DNA of 64,000 nt from Octopus bimaculoides (GCF_001194135.2 NC_068997.1:41877016-41941015); one strand, 5' to 3'. Shown: positions 1 to 12,300, counted from the stretch's first letter. The notes: a model not told the origin generated them from the letters alone. A program made the numbers and translations.

Positions 1-524
1 TCTAACTTTTGATACCAGGTCATAAATTTTATGGGAGAAATAGACTCAACTGAATCAACTCCAAAAAAATTTTAAAAACTGGTGCAAAAGATTTGGTGAT
101 CATGTCTTTGATTACAAGTCCGTTTGATCAGAGCTGACCAAGGGCTAAACTCCAACTACTTATTTCTCAAACTCAAAGAGAAGAAAGGTAAAGTTAAATG
201 CAAAGAAATTTGATCTCTAATTTAAAACCACAAAAGATTAAAACCAGTACTTTACTGTTTTCTCCAATTTAGCCCCTACTTCCTTTAATAATAATGATTT
301 TTTAATGATAATCACATGGATACCAAATAAAAATTATCAAGCTGCTGCTGTTGAGTAGCTCCCAGTCAGTCCTGACTGAATACACAGGGGATCAAAAGTA
401 TTTCAACCATGATTCGTTTTCCATGCACAGTGTATCCAATGTGTCCTTTGAAAAAAAGACTGTAAGGGTGGTTTGACTGTTATTTCCAACAGGTCAAGCA
501 GCTATACCCAAACTTCTTTGTTAA

Positions 525-955
525 AACCATTAGCATTCAGATTACTATGTCAAACGTAAAGCTTATTTATTCACATTATTTCAAATTAATCATGCATTAT
601 CTTGTAACTTCAAGATTTCAGTGACATAGACTAACATTATAGGGCAGGTGTGAGAGGTTGGATCTGGCCAGTTTGAACATAAAACGGATAAACGATAAAA
701 AAAGATAAGAGACTGTATAAAAGAACAGTAAAATGGAACTGCGAGCTTTGTGGGGGCTCATAAGCCATTTCATCCTTTCATTATAAATATTCCATCACAT
801 ATTCAACATTCGTTACATGTACCCCACATTTTATGTTGTCTGTCCTTGTAATGTCCATTCTATGTCAGGGCTTTATGCCTAACTAAAGACAGGAGTTTGA
901 ACATAAAACAAGTAGAATATTTTGGCCAGACATGGCCAGTATAAATGCTAAAGAG
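525..955. mobile_element. piggyBac-type MITE (family M1), interrupted by a 208-bp insertion
   Basis: TTAA at 521-524 and 956-959. Termini (ccattagcattcagattac ... aatgctaaagag) match other M1 copies, e.g. 55065-55250. The internal 16-mer agtttgaacataaaac is duplicated at 670-685 and 894-909. Confidence 0.75.
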
Positions 956-1089
956 TTAAACAGTTAGTAGAAAAGAGAACTAGTACTGCCAGAGTTCAAA
1001 TCCATTCAGGGTTAATCTAGTGCCAACAAAATACTTATCAGTCATATACTGGGATTCAATTGAACCAACAAACTTAAAGCATTGTAGTA

Positions 1090-1530
1090 ATGTAAGACTA
1101 CTATTGAAGACAGAGGAGTAGAAGTAGTACAACAGTGTCAACATAAGGTCACTATTAAAGGCAGTGGAATAGCAGTAGTACTACAACAGTGGTTCTCAAC
1201 AATTTTTTTACCTAAGGACCCCTTTGATTCTTATTTTACCCAAGTGGGCCCTCAGCCATTCAATGTTTAAAAAATCTTGTTACACTTATACAATTAAATA
1301 TTATCAGGAATTGTATTAAAAAATTGTTAGAATATTTTGTGTATATCTACAAAATCTAATATCAACCCCCAAGGGTCATATGGACCCTGACTGAGAACCA
1401 CTGTGCGCTACAGTATCAGTATAAGATCACTATTAAAAACAGTGAAGTAGCAATAGTAATATAGGGTCAATATTGAAAGCAGTGGAGCAGCAGTAATACT
1501 GCAGTATCAATGTGCTATTGAAGCCAGACA
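1090..1530 (+). repeat. Degenerate ~40-50 bp minisatellite (aaggtcactattaaaggcagtggaatagcagtagtactacag-like), interrupted by a MITE
   Basis: Related units near 1093, 1145, 1423 and 1462. Confidence 0.6.
1187..1403. mobile_element. hAT (Charlie-like) MITE
   Basis: Terminal inverted repeat cagtggttctca ... tgagaaccactg. Related partial copies at about 44096-44570 (split by a SINE) and 46375-46520. No clean 8-bp TSD seen. Confidence 0.7.
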
Positions 1531-1539
1531 TGATCATAT

Positions 1540-2300
1540 TTTCAGCTCAATCAAAATTGCAGTGGATTTAGAAACTGTAGCAACATATATCTGTGCTACA
1601 GTGATTACAGCAAAAAAGGGTTGCTGTTGATTATACAAAAGGTAAAATTAAGAAGAAGAGGTGAAAAAAATCTAATGACAAAAAGAGACTTGCTAACAAC
1701 CACATATTCTAATGGCATGCCATCTGTCATAAGAGACAAATTAATTTTCTGTCCACTAATGCTCAATAACATGGATGAAAATGGTACACCATTTGTGAAC
1801 CTCAATTGCAACAGTTAAATGGGTGATGTAGATCAGATGAATCAAACGATGATCTATTTGCTCAGTTGGTAGACTGGGTAATAAGTGGTGGCAATACTTG
1901 GTTATGACTAGAGTAAATATGAGCATCGTGGATGCTATATATCACAAATCAGAAGGAGCACAAAGTGATGCAACCATCTGCAGTTCAGAGCAGACGTAAC
2001 ACAATTGAGGGCAGGCTGTTCATTGAAAAAATAACTGTTGGGAGGAAGGCTAAAACCTGCCAGAAAGATTATCCTACTGAATTCAGCCAGCCTCCCTAAT
2101 ACAGAAGAGAAAATCCAATCAAAACATTTGCTGGCAGTTACTTCTGACAAGACATGTTTGAAGACTTTTTATTCCAAATTTTCACAGAAATAATGAGGAC
2201 TACAAAGATGGAAGGATGGATGTTATAATAATTCATCGAACATGGCTTCTCAATGGAGTTCAGCGTTCAGCAGAATACAGTTAATTGTTTTGTCTCAATG
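1540..2300 (+). pseudogene. Very old LINE (RTE-like) AP-endonuclease remnant
   Basis: Fragmentary translation LNNMDENGTPFVNLNCNS loosely resembles the MNENG-LL-LC motif of RTE endonucleases. Many stops and frameshifts. Confidence 0.3.
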
Positions 2301-2341
2301 AAGAGTTTAATAAATAACTAATAAAGGGTGTGTACACTCAC

Positions 2342-2521
2342 CTGATAGTTCCTGTGGGTGAAGGACACGGACTGTTAAATACACCATCAGTTACATCGGG
2401 AATGTTCAATTTTAGAGGTAGATTCTTCTTTTTCATAGGACTAGGAGGAGAACTTTCTTCATCATTTAATAAAGACTGGAAAACTATTTTTATGTTGGTA
2501 CTGGGAAATCTTAGGACACAA
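2342..2521 (-). CDS. Internal coding exon (180 nt, phase 2-2) of an unidentified host gene: xCVLRFPSTNIKIVFQSLLNDEESSPPSPMKKKNLPLKLNIPDVTDGVFNSPCPSPTGTIS
   Basis: Acceptor tttttttttgttacag, donor ag|gtgagt, one open frame, length divisible by 3, mostly A/T-ending codons, Ser/Pro-rich peptide. Family not recognised. Confidence 0.75.
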
Positions 2522-2769
2522 CTGTAACAAAAAAAAAATCAGAAATTGTTAATACTTTACAAATTTATAGTGCAAAAAAAAAAAAATATAAATATTCCAA
2601 GAAAATCAACAAAATAATCAATCCATCTTTCAATAAGTACAAGAGACAATAGTGCAAGTTAACATTTTTTGCAGAATAGAATAATAATTCTTCTTAGGAA
2701 AATAGAAAAAGGATGTAATAATATTTGTGCTAAATGGCTTCAACCTGGAATCAAAACTCATAACTCAAT

Positions 2770-3085
2770 TTGCTCACTTTGCAACCACATGATTACAGGT
2801 TCACTCCCAATGTGCAGCACCTTGGCCAAGTATCTTCTACTATAGCCCTGGGCTGATCAATGCTTTGTGAGGAATGGAAACTATGTGGATGGTCATCATG
2901 TGTGCATGTATATGTGTATCTGTGCATCTTTGTGTCTGTTGGTTTATGTCCTCAGTTTAGTAAAAGAGACCAACAAAATAAATACCAAGGCTTTAAAAAA
3001 ATAAGTACAGAAGGGATTCTTTTTTTCAATTAAACCCTTTAACATAGTGCCCCAGCATGGCCACAGTCCAATGACTAAAGATAAC
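2770..3085 (+). mobile_element. tRNA-derived SINE family A, decayed copy
   Basis: Shares caaccacatg...accttggccaagt...ctatagcc and tail ccagcatggccacagtc...gact with the copy at 46540-46945. Confidence 0.75.
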
Positions 3086-3965
3086 AACTGATAATGAGTT
3101 TTCCCAGTGAGAGAAAGCCACAAATTTGTAGCAAAAGACAAATGATTATACCAATCAAGTATATTACTGGTATTTATTCTATAAAATCCAGAGAGAAAAA
3201 GTCAAAGATCAGTTCTAGTCATGGTATTTTAATCCAGAACATAAAACAATTAAACAAAATATTCTTAGGCATTCACAACAAATTAGCAAAAAGAATAACA
3301 AAAAAACTAAATGTGAAGAAAATAATTTAATCAAGTCTATTGACAAGATAGTTTGATGGTAATAATGAAGAGAAGCAGCAAAGACAAAATGGTCTGGAAT
3401 AACAACTAATGGAAAATAGATGAACAAATACCAATGAAGCAACACAAATATTTTCTCAAAATTACAGAATAATAATGATTTTCAAATTACAAATACTAGA
3501 AATCAGATTACAAACATTGATAATCATCAACCATTGTTTCCAATTCTTTCAACATAACAACACATATAGACATATTAAACCAATTTCTCTAGAAATATAT
3601 ATTTTCAATCTAAAAGACCAAAAGAAACAAGAGACAACTATAATCAAACATTGACGCAGCCACTGCAAACATTTCACCTCTTACATCTCAACAATTATCT
3701 ATTCTACCATCAATCAGCCATATTCTCTTCATCAACATCACTATGAGGTTTGATTTACTTTTTATCTTCCCCAACAAATCTAAAACGAACAATTTCAATA
3801 CCATTTCTTCCATTTCTAATAAGCAATAATTCTAGAAAAATAAATTTTGTTTGATAACTCATTTCTTGAAATACAGATGGTGCTGAGATGGCCATGTGGT
3901 TAAGAAATTTGCTTCCCTACCACATGGTTTCAGATTCAGTCCCACTACATACATCATCAACATTG

Positions 3966-4194
3966 AACTCTTTAGCATTTAAACCAGCCATATCCAGCCC
4001 AAATATTCTTCCTGTTTTATGTTCAAACTGGCCAGATCTGACCTTTCATACCTACCCTATAATGTCATTCTAAACATAAACAGTCACATCATTGAACTCT
4101 GAAAGCTACATGACAAGGCATGAGTAATTCAAAATAATATAAATATACAAACATTACATTTGACAGAGTAATCTGAATGCTATACAGTTATGGG
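3966..4194. mobile_element. MITE family M1
   Basis: ctttagcatttaaaccagccatatcc ... tttgacagagtaatctgaatgcta, same body as 53881-54086 and 59228-59423. Confidence 0.75.
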
Positions 4195-5324
4195 TTGAAT
4201 AATTTGACAGGATCTAATGGGCTGAGGCAAGCATCATGCACCAATGTCAGCTTTAGCATGGTTTCTATGGCTGGGTACCCATCCTGTCATCCACCTTACA
4301 ATGTGTACTAGTTGCATTTTTCATGCAACTAGTACATGCAGCTTACAAGACTAAAATCCCTTTCAACTGAGAGGGGGCTACAGTATAGATGGAGTGGGGG
4401 AAGCAGCTTTGTGCAAGGAAATGAGGGGTTCAAGTATGTGAGAAGGGGACCACAACAGAATAGGTTTCTTCCTTTTAGGAGCAACATGGCTGCTTACATT
4501 ATGGAAAAGAAAGTGGGATTGACCAAGGATGGATTGGAAAGAGAAAGATATAAAATCAAGGTGATGAAGTGTTGGAGTGGAACCTCAAGATACAAAGTGA
4601 GTAGAAGTGAATGGAAACAGAACAAGGAGATTGCAAAATTGTATGGGTGAGTGAGAGATGAGATGGGTAGAGATGGAGAATAGATGAGGTGAATACAATG
4701 AATGAAGAACAAATGTTGAGGAATGATAAATAGGAAAAGAAGGGAAGAATAGATGACAACTATGGAGATCAGGTGGGGTTGAGGATAGATAAGGGGTGGG
4801 AGGTGACCTATGGTACATATGAGTTGGAGGAGTTTGAGGAGAGTAGGAAATGACTGACAATGCAGAAAAGGTTGGAATGAAGAGATGCAAAATAGAGATA
4901 ATTATATAGTAGACAAGAGAAGGATGAGAGAGGATTAAAAAAATGACATGCAGCTGGGTAGATTGCAACAGTGTATGGGAAGTAGAAAGGCAGGTGTAGT
5001 ACATGGGGAGAGTGAGAGATACACGATGGTGGAAGAGATATAATTTAGTGACTGAAGAGGGAGATCAGTGTAAAATGTGGGAGGAGAGGCATGTTAAAAA
5101 ATCAAAGATGAATATCAAGTGAAATGATTCCAAATACTGAGAAAAACAAGTGGAATCACGAAAAACTGGTAAAGTATGCTGTTCTATTCCAATTTAATTA
5201 CAGAAGTAGAATACCACAGTTAAGGAGATGATGAATGGTAGGGATGTCTTGAGAGGGAAACTGGAGGAGAGGTCCAGTTCATATAGATATATTGTTTTAC
5301 AGACTGGGAGACTGTTACCTTATC

Positions 5325-5550
5325 ATCATCATCATCATCGTTTAACGTCCACTTTCCATGCTAGCATGGGTTGGACGATTTGACAGAGGACTGGTGAACC
5401 AGATGGCTACACCAGGCTCCAATCTGATTTGGCAGAGTTTCTACAGCTGGATGCCCTTCCTAACACCAACCACTCTGAGAGTGTAGTGGGTGCTTTTACG
5501 TGCCACCGGCACGAGGGCCAGTCAGGTGGTACTGGCAACGGCCACACTTG
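5325..5550 (-). mobile_element. Young non-autonomous retroelement family C (RTE-type 3' end with (GAT)n tail)
   Basis: Near-identical in inverse orientation to 63380-63598 and similar to 44195-44455. The same 3' end closes the RTE remnants at about 36300-36470 and 50620-50810. Confidence 0.85.
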
Positions 5551-6574
5551 GAAATAAATGGGGGCTGCTAGCAGGAAAGGCATCTGACTGCTGAAAACAC
5601 TACCCTGACATACTCTTGTGTAACCCATACAAGCATACAGAAGTAGACGTTAAAATGATATGGTCAACTATAATATTTTGTTGTCAATCAAAAGAGCAGA
5701 TTTCAAAGTCACCAATAATATTCATATTTAAAATGCTTAATGCTGAATACTCCAACAGTAAGTTACTTCATATTCAGAATGTGAAAAAGATAACAGTTCA
5801 AATAGAAACCAAAGCATTGTGATTCGTGCTGTTTGCATAGATGAAAGTTAAATTGAACAACTAAAAATATAAACACTCATCTTAATTCTCATCTTAGTAT
5901 TTTGTACTCAAATGGTATACAATGAAAATATAATTGAATGCAGGTAGGTATTCTGCCATGTTCAATTTCTTGGGGTTTGGAGATTGCCTAATGAATGAAA
6001 ATAGAAATGCAAAAGTATTTTTAGAGTTGGTTATTTCTCTAAGACTGTTAAAACCATTAGGCTTTATTTTTTACTCTCAAAAATCTAAAAGATAGAAAAA
6101 AATAATATGGCTAACACAAAAATTAATTAACTAAGGTAGAATTATTTCCCATTCCTTAGGTTACACTTGGTATTTTATGCTGCTATAGTTTAGATAGATA
6201 TAAATTTAACTATTGACGGAAAGCCTTCTAACATGCTAATATATAAATTGAAACAACTTTTAAATTTAGAACTAGAATTATTTAATAATAATTGACATAA
6301 ACGTCTGTTGGTTGGTTTGTTGGTTGATTTCTGCTATCATGCTTTACATCATATGGAGAAAGGGGGAGAAAGATACAGAGAAAGAGAACATAAGGGATAC
6401 AGGATGAATACACATATTAGGGCTTAGTAGCATGCAATGAGTAACACCACACACACACACACACACACAATCTAGACAGATGAGGAAGGGGGAAATAAAT
6501 GACAGAGTAGTTATGGGGGAAGTTATACAAAGGAGAAGCTTGTTTTATTTAATCATTTTGTATAAGTACCAAGA

Positions 6575-6945
6575 AATTTGGCTGTGTGATAAGAAGCTTG
6601 CTTCCCAACCACATGGTTCCAGGTTCAGTCCTACTGTGGGGCACCTTGGGTGTCTTTTACTATAGCCTTGGGGTAACCAAAGCCTTGTGAGTGGATTTGG
6701 TAGATGCAAAACTGAAAGAGGCCTATGTGTGTGTCTTTGTGTCTATGTTTGCCCCCACCACCACAATCACCTAACAACTGGTGTTGGTGTGTTTACATCC
6801 CTGGAACTTAGCAGTTCAGCAAAAGGGACTGATAGAATAAGTACTAGACTTTAAAAAATAAGTCCTGAAGTCAATTTGACTAAAACCCTTCAAGATGATG
6901 CTCCAGCACGGATGCAGTCAAGTGACTGAAACAAATAAAAGAATA
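6575..6945 (+). mobile_element. tRNA-derived SINE family A
   Basis: Head ggctgtgtgataagaag...ggttccaggttcagtcc, body ccaaagccttgtgagtggatttggtag, tail gactgaaacaaataaaaga. Confidence 0.85.
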
Positions 6946-7479
6946 TCTGCCAATTCCCTCATATAATGCAGAGTGACAAAAATATATTCTAGTGTTGCCT
7001 ATAACAACTCTGATATCAGTTATTTGTTTTGGAGTTCTTTATGCAATTAGTTCTAAATCTTACTAGCTGAGTTTTTACTCACTCTGAAATGTAATAACTG
7101 TCACAAACCAAAACTTGCCACATAAAACTGTTCAATATTCAAACATGAAACACATTTAACAATGCAAGGATGGTGCTCTTTAGATATTGTCATATTGAAT
7201 AGCTTTGTGATTAATATAGCTCTTCTTTGCAACATATAACTTTATATTCATTTTCTCAATTGCAAAACAAAAAACTGACTCCATTATGACTCAAATTCAA
7301 TGCCACAAGATATCCAAGTCCTGAATTATCCAGTTGCAAATATGAATCAGAGCATTTCACACCACTATATTGCTTTTCCTACATCCAATGGTTGATCTAA
7401 TTGAGAATGAAAAAACATATCAGTGGGCAATTCACAATTAAATAGGAAATGAAATGTAAGCAAAACTGTAAATAGAATT

Positions 7480-8400
7480 AAGGCATGACAGCTGATACAC
7501 GTGTCCGTAGACTGTCTAACTTATAATCTATGATTTGGAATGGAAATTACTTTGTATGTCAACAACTTAGTTCTCGTAACTGAGCCAAAGATTGAAACAT
7601 GGAAACAGAACCTAGAATCAAATCAAAAGTAAACCAACCAAGAAAACAAATGCTTTTATTAGTGAGAAAGAATACAAAGCTTTTACTATGAATAGGAAAG
7701 TAGCATTGCTTACATGCAGCAAAGGTGTAAGCATGCATACCCGAGTAAACTAGGGGTGCACAAGAGTGAATCACAGGTAGACCAACAAAGAATGAGTAGT
7801 TTGTAGTAAATGTACAAGAATAGTTATTAGTAGGAGCACCCATGAAATAAATTCCTTGAAATGAAGTTGTTGATAGCTGCTGTTATCTAGGTGACCTAAT
7901 TAGCAGTGGTTGTAGTAGGTTTTCTGAAAGCACAGTAGCCATGAAAAGAATAGGGTAGGAAATATTCAGTTATTTACCTCTGCTGATAGCAAAAAGATTC
8001 TCTTTTCAGATGAAGGGCAGACTGTACGTGGTGGTGGAGCAATGCTCTCAATGTGTGATGTATTACATGATAGCAAAACAGGCAGTGAATGTGGAGGATA
8101 TACAAAGGATGGGAAGAAATAAGGCGAGCATACTCTGCACATGAACAATGGGATATGTATGAGCTGAGAGAGAAAAAAATGAAAAATAAGAAGAGTCAGA
8201 TGCAATGTGCAAGACATAGATGTGATGTATAAGGAGGAAGACATTTGGGTAAAGAGGTCCTAAGTAATCCAAGTGGAAGAAATCCACAGAAAAGGGGAGC
8301 AAGAATGAGATGAGGAGGAATGATAAAGGCTTGTCTCAGGAGGCCTGACCTCACAAAGGAGATGACAAAGGGCAAGCAACAAGTGATGAAGATGCAGGGT
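7480..8400 (+). pseudogene. Decayed RTE-clade LINE reverse transcriptase C-terminal fragment
   Basis: Remnants IETWKQNLES, CYLGDLISSG and QMKGRLY parallel the better copy at 34150-36470. Confidence 0.6.
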
Positions 8401-9259
8401 ATGGAGAAAACATAACCATCACTTGCAAGCACGGAAAAATATAATATGAGGTTGACAGTGGCAGTGGTGGTGGTGGTGGAGCAATGCTCACAAAGTATGA
8501 AGTACAAAAACAAGTTTCTCTTTACTGTATCAATGGCTTTCATATATACACAACTTAAAAAGGCTAATTAAGTGAATATATTTGATGTGTCATGTGAAAA
8601 TTATCTACACTTTATTTATAAACCAAATAAATTACAAATTTCTGTTCTTCATTAAAAAGCCAACAAGTTGTATGTGTGTGTGTANNNNNNNNNNNNNNNN
8701 NNNNNNNNNNNNNNNNNNNNNNNNNNNNNNNNNNNNNNNNNNNNNNNNNNNNNNNNNNNNNNNNNNNNNNNNNNNNNNNNNNNNNNNNNNNNNNNNNNNN
8801 NNNNNNNNNNNNNNNNNNNNNNNNNNNNNNNNNNNNNNNNNNNNNNNNNNNNNNNNNNNNNNNNNNNNNNNNNNNNNNNNNNNNNNNNNNNNNNNNNNNN
8901 NNNNNNNNNNNNNNNNNNNNNNNNNNNNNNNNNNNNNNNNNNNNNNNNNNNNNNNNNNNNNNNNNNNNNNNNNNNNNNNNNNNNNNNNNNNNNNNNNNNN
9001 NNNNNNNNNNNNNNNNNNNNNNNNNNNNNNNNNNNNNNNNNNNNNNNNNNNNNNNNNNNNNNNNNNNNNNNNNNNNNNNNNNNNNNNNNNNNNNNNNNNN
9101 NNNNNNNNNNNNNNNNNNNNNNNNNNNNNNNNNNNNNNNNNNNNNNNNNNNNNNNNNNNNNNNNNNNNNNNNNNNNNNNNNNNNNNNNNNNNNNNNNNNN
9201 NNNNNNNNNNNNNNNNNNNNNNNNNNNNNNNNNNNNNNNNNNNNNNNNNNNNNNNNNNN

Positions 9260-9326
<67 letters not shown>

Positions 9327-9388
9327 GAGACAGACAGAGAGAGACAGACAGAGAGAGACAGACAGAGAGAGACAGACAGAGAGAGAGA
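9260..9388 (+). repeat. (GA)n/(GACA)n microsatellite at a gap edge
   Basis: Directly visible. Confidence 0.95.
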
Positions 9389-10434
9389 TCATTATTTTAA
9401 TGTCCACTTTTCCATGCTTACATGGGTTGGACAGAATTTTGTTGGGGTGGATTTTCTACAGTTGGATGCCCATCCTGTCATCAACGTTCACCTGTTTCCA
9501 GTTGAGGTAATACTTCTTCATGGCCAGTCATGTCTTGCAAGATGGGAAACAAAAGACACCATTTGCACAACCAAGACATTCACAACTGTCACACAATGTT
9601 AAGGGAAAGAGACAGTGACACACACACACACACACACACACACAAGGTTTCTTTCAGTTTCCATCAACCAAATCCGTTCACAAGGCTTTGATTAGCCTGG
9701 AGGTATAGTAGAAAACACTTGCCTGATGTACCATGCACACGACAGGTTTCTACAGTTACTATGTACTAAATTCTATTCACAAGGTCCTTAGCTAAACCAA
9801 AGCCTCAGAAACAAACACCCAAGATACCATGAAGTAGGAGCAAATCTGGAAACACTTGGTTACAAGGGAAACTTATTAACCAAACAACCATATTTTTACC
9901 CAATGCATTAATAATTATAGTTGTTAACCATATGTCTAGCAATTTCTCTCTTAACACCTTGACAAATAAACCAAGAAGTTATTTTTAAAGATTTAAACTT
10001 GGCAATGTATTATTTTGCAAATTTCGTCCAATATAGAAACAAAATATTGATTATCAGGATATTATTCAGAAATGTGCAGAAAAGTATACACAGCTCGAAT
10101 GATTATGTTATTTTATTAGCTCTATATCATAATCATTAATTATACCATATAAATGGTTATTCAATTCTTCTAGATATATATCTGAGTACTCCACAGTCTT
10201 CATTTCACGCATATTCACGCTGTTAATTATTCTTGTACATATAACAAAAGTTTCTCCTTGGTGTCAAATGAAATGGATGCCAGCTTGATGTATCTACCAT
10301 TAATATTAGAGGTTTTGAATAAGAAAGATAACTATTTTACTAGTAATACCTAGCATGGAATTAAAATTTAAGAATTAAATAATTATTGCAGTTCTATAAA
10401 AACCAAAGCAAATTTTGTCAGAAAAACAAAATAA

Positions 10435-10608
10435 TTATGTACATTATTTACATTTGACGAATGTTTGTCCTCACCTTGTTTGTTATTAACACAACGTTTT
10501 GGCTGATATACCCTCCAGCTTTCATCAAGTGTCCTGGGGAAATTTTGAACCTGGGTTCTCATTTCTAAGGTATTTTTCAATGTTATTAACCACTATACCA
10601 TATGCCCA
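10435..10608 (-). mobile_element. Inverted, internally deleted copy of the tRNA/hammerhead-like SINE
   Basis: Its reverse complement matches 10609-10630 and about 10695-10840. The central tRNA part (10631-10695) is missing. Confidence 0.85.
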
Positions 10609-10840
10609 TGGGCATATGGCGTAGTGGTTAAGAGCACGGGCTACTAACCCCAAGATTCCGAGTTCGATTCCACGCAGTAACCTGAATAATAATAATAACA
10701 TCAAAAAATACCTTAGGAATGAGAACCCAGGTTCGAAATTTCCCCAAGACCTGATGAAGGCTGGAGGGTATATTAGCCGAAACGTTGTGTTAACAACAAG
10801 ATGAGGACAAATATACGTCAAATGTAAATAATATACATAA
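10609..10840 (+). mobile_element. tRNA-headed SINE with a Penelope-like hammerhead-type motif in its 3' half
   Basis: A box TGGCGTAGTGG and B box GAGTTCGATTCC. CTGATGA at 10751-10757, stem ggctg/tagcc, GAAACGT at 10779-10785. Confidence 0.75.
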
Positions 10841-11893
10841 ATCCTCATCTCTTAAATACAGAACTGAATTATAATCATGTATGTTTTTGTGTGACTAAAT
10901 TTTTCAGTAAAATCTTAGCTACCCAGCAGAAGAGGTCAATTAATGAGTGTTACATGACAAAGCACTGAACAAACCTCTGCCGCATTACTTTAGTACATCA
11001 TTGTCAGTGGGTAGAGAGAAATGGAAACACAAAAGAAAAAACATTGTTGAAAAAAATATTAACATTTATAGGTATAACTGCTGTATGGTTAAGAAGTTCA
11101 GTTTACAACCATATGGTTCTAGGTCCCAACCCACTGACTGGCGCCTTCTACTATAACTTTTGTGTTGATCAATGATTTGTGACTGGATTTGAGATTGTGC
11201 CAAAGCTTGTCAGAAACATGAATTTGCATATACCATTATAAATAGGTTTGTTGAGTACATTTGTTCATGTCAAATGTTAAATTAGGTGTGCGATAAATAC
11301 AGACCGATGTGTGTGCTTGCATGCACGTGTATGCTTCCCCACCAAAAAAATAATGCTACATGGGACAGACCACCTGTCCCATCATCCTCTTTTAGCTACT
11401 CCAGGCAGTAGCAGGAGGGCAATAGACAATTAAGCAGAACCCAATCCATGTTCAGTACTTATTAACCAAAAGCAAAAAAAAATAATAATAAAGAGCAAAA
11501 GGAACCCCCAACAGGTGTGAAAACAAAATTTAAAAAAAAAACAGTAATCTACAGTACTCTACCATTTTAGGGGAAAATTCATTAATAAAAGATAATATTA
11601 AAGGGAAGCTCTAACTAGTTCTTAGTTACCTAGAAATACTCCTTAACTGCAATATCAGATAATATAAGATGGTTCACGGTTCTCTTTGTACAGCAAAAAT
11701 TATTGATTACCTTAAACAAATTATTACTAATACAATCAGTTATTGATTGGAAGTAACCCTTTCAAAATTATACAAAGATTGCAAGTAAATACAGACTTAA
11801 ACCAATTATGCCTGTTTTGTTTTGTTTTTCTATCAACCAACAGAATTCAATTTGTTATCACACACAACTTGTTATAAACACTTTAATTAATAC

Positions 11894-11894
<1 letters not shown>

Positions 11895-11936
<42 letters not shown>
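11895..11936 (+). repeat. (CA)n microsatellite
   Basis: Directly visible. Similar CA/TG tracts near 18230, 21120, 28015, 28945 and 46147. Confidence 0.95.
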
Positions 11937-11940
<4 letters not shown>

Positions 11941-12300
11941 GTTTTGTTTTCTTTTTGAAAGGAAGAGGCAGTTCAACACTGAAGACACTTCAGAAATTGC
12001 AGCTAATACAATACTTGGGTGAACACAAGTATTATATTTACTATAACCAGGGTGGCAAGGAAGTTACAAGAGGAAACCTATATAACTAGTTGTGTCATGC
12101 TCTTACAATAAATATAATGAGATTTACAGAATGAAAACTGTATAGTTTTTTGCTATTATTTTTTTTTTTTTTTTTNNNNNNNNNNTTTTTTTTTTTTTGT
12201 TTGTTTCGTTTTGTTATAAAAGTTCACAATAAAACACACATCAAAGTTTTATCTACCGAAGCAAAATAGAACTGATTCAGGACTGTTAGGATAATTTTAC

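Noticed and set aside
1621-1818. Helitron Pif1 helicase similarity (NGMP...PLML)
   Set aside because: Too few matching residues; an RTE endonuclease remnant fits slightly better and both calls are weak.
4336-5130. 104-139 aa ORFs in a purine-rich tract
   Set aside because: Low-complexity strand bias explains the open frames; no motifs or splice support.
8582-9602. Long ORFs of 229-308 aa (similar ones at 18925-19312, 23537-24446, 27451-28134, 30210-30591 and 39859-40128)
   Set aside because: They are made of N gaps and microsatellite translation, not real coding sequence.
10610-10682. Functional tRNA gene
   Set aside because: A and B boxes are present but the acceptor stem does not close, and the sequence runs into a SINE body. 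The same applies to other SINE heads.
12155-12240. Poly-T as a retrocopy polyA tail on the minus strand
   Set aside because: No nearby AATAAA, no TSD and no linked ORF; the run contains a gap.
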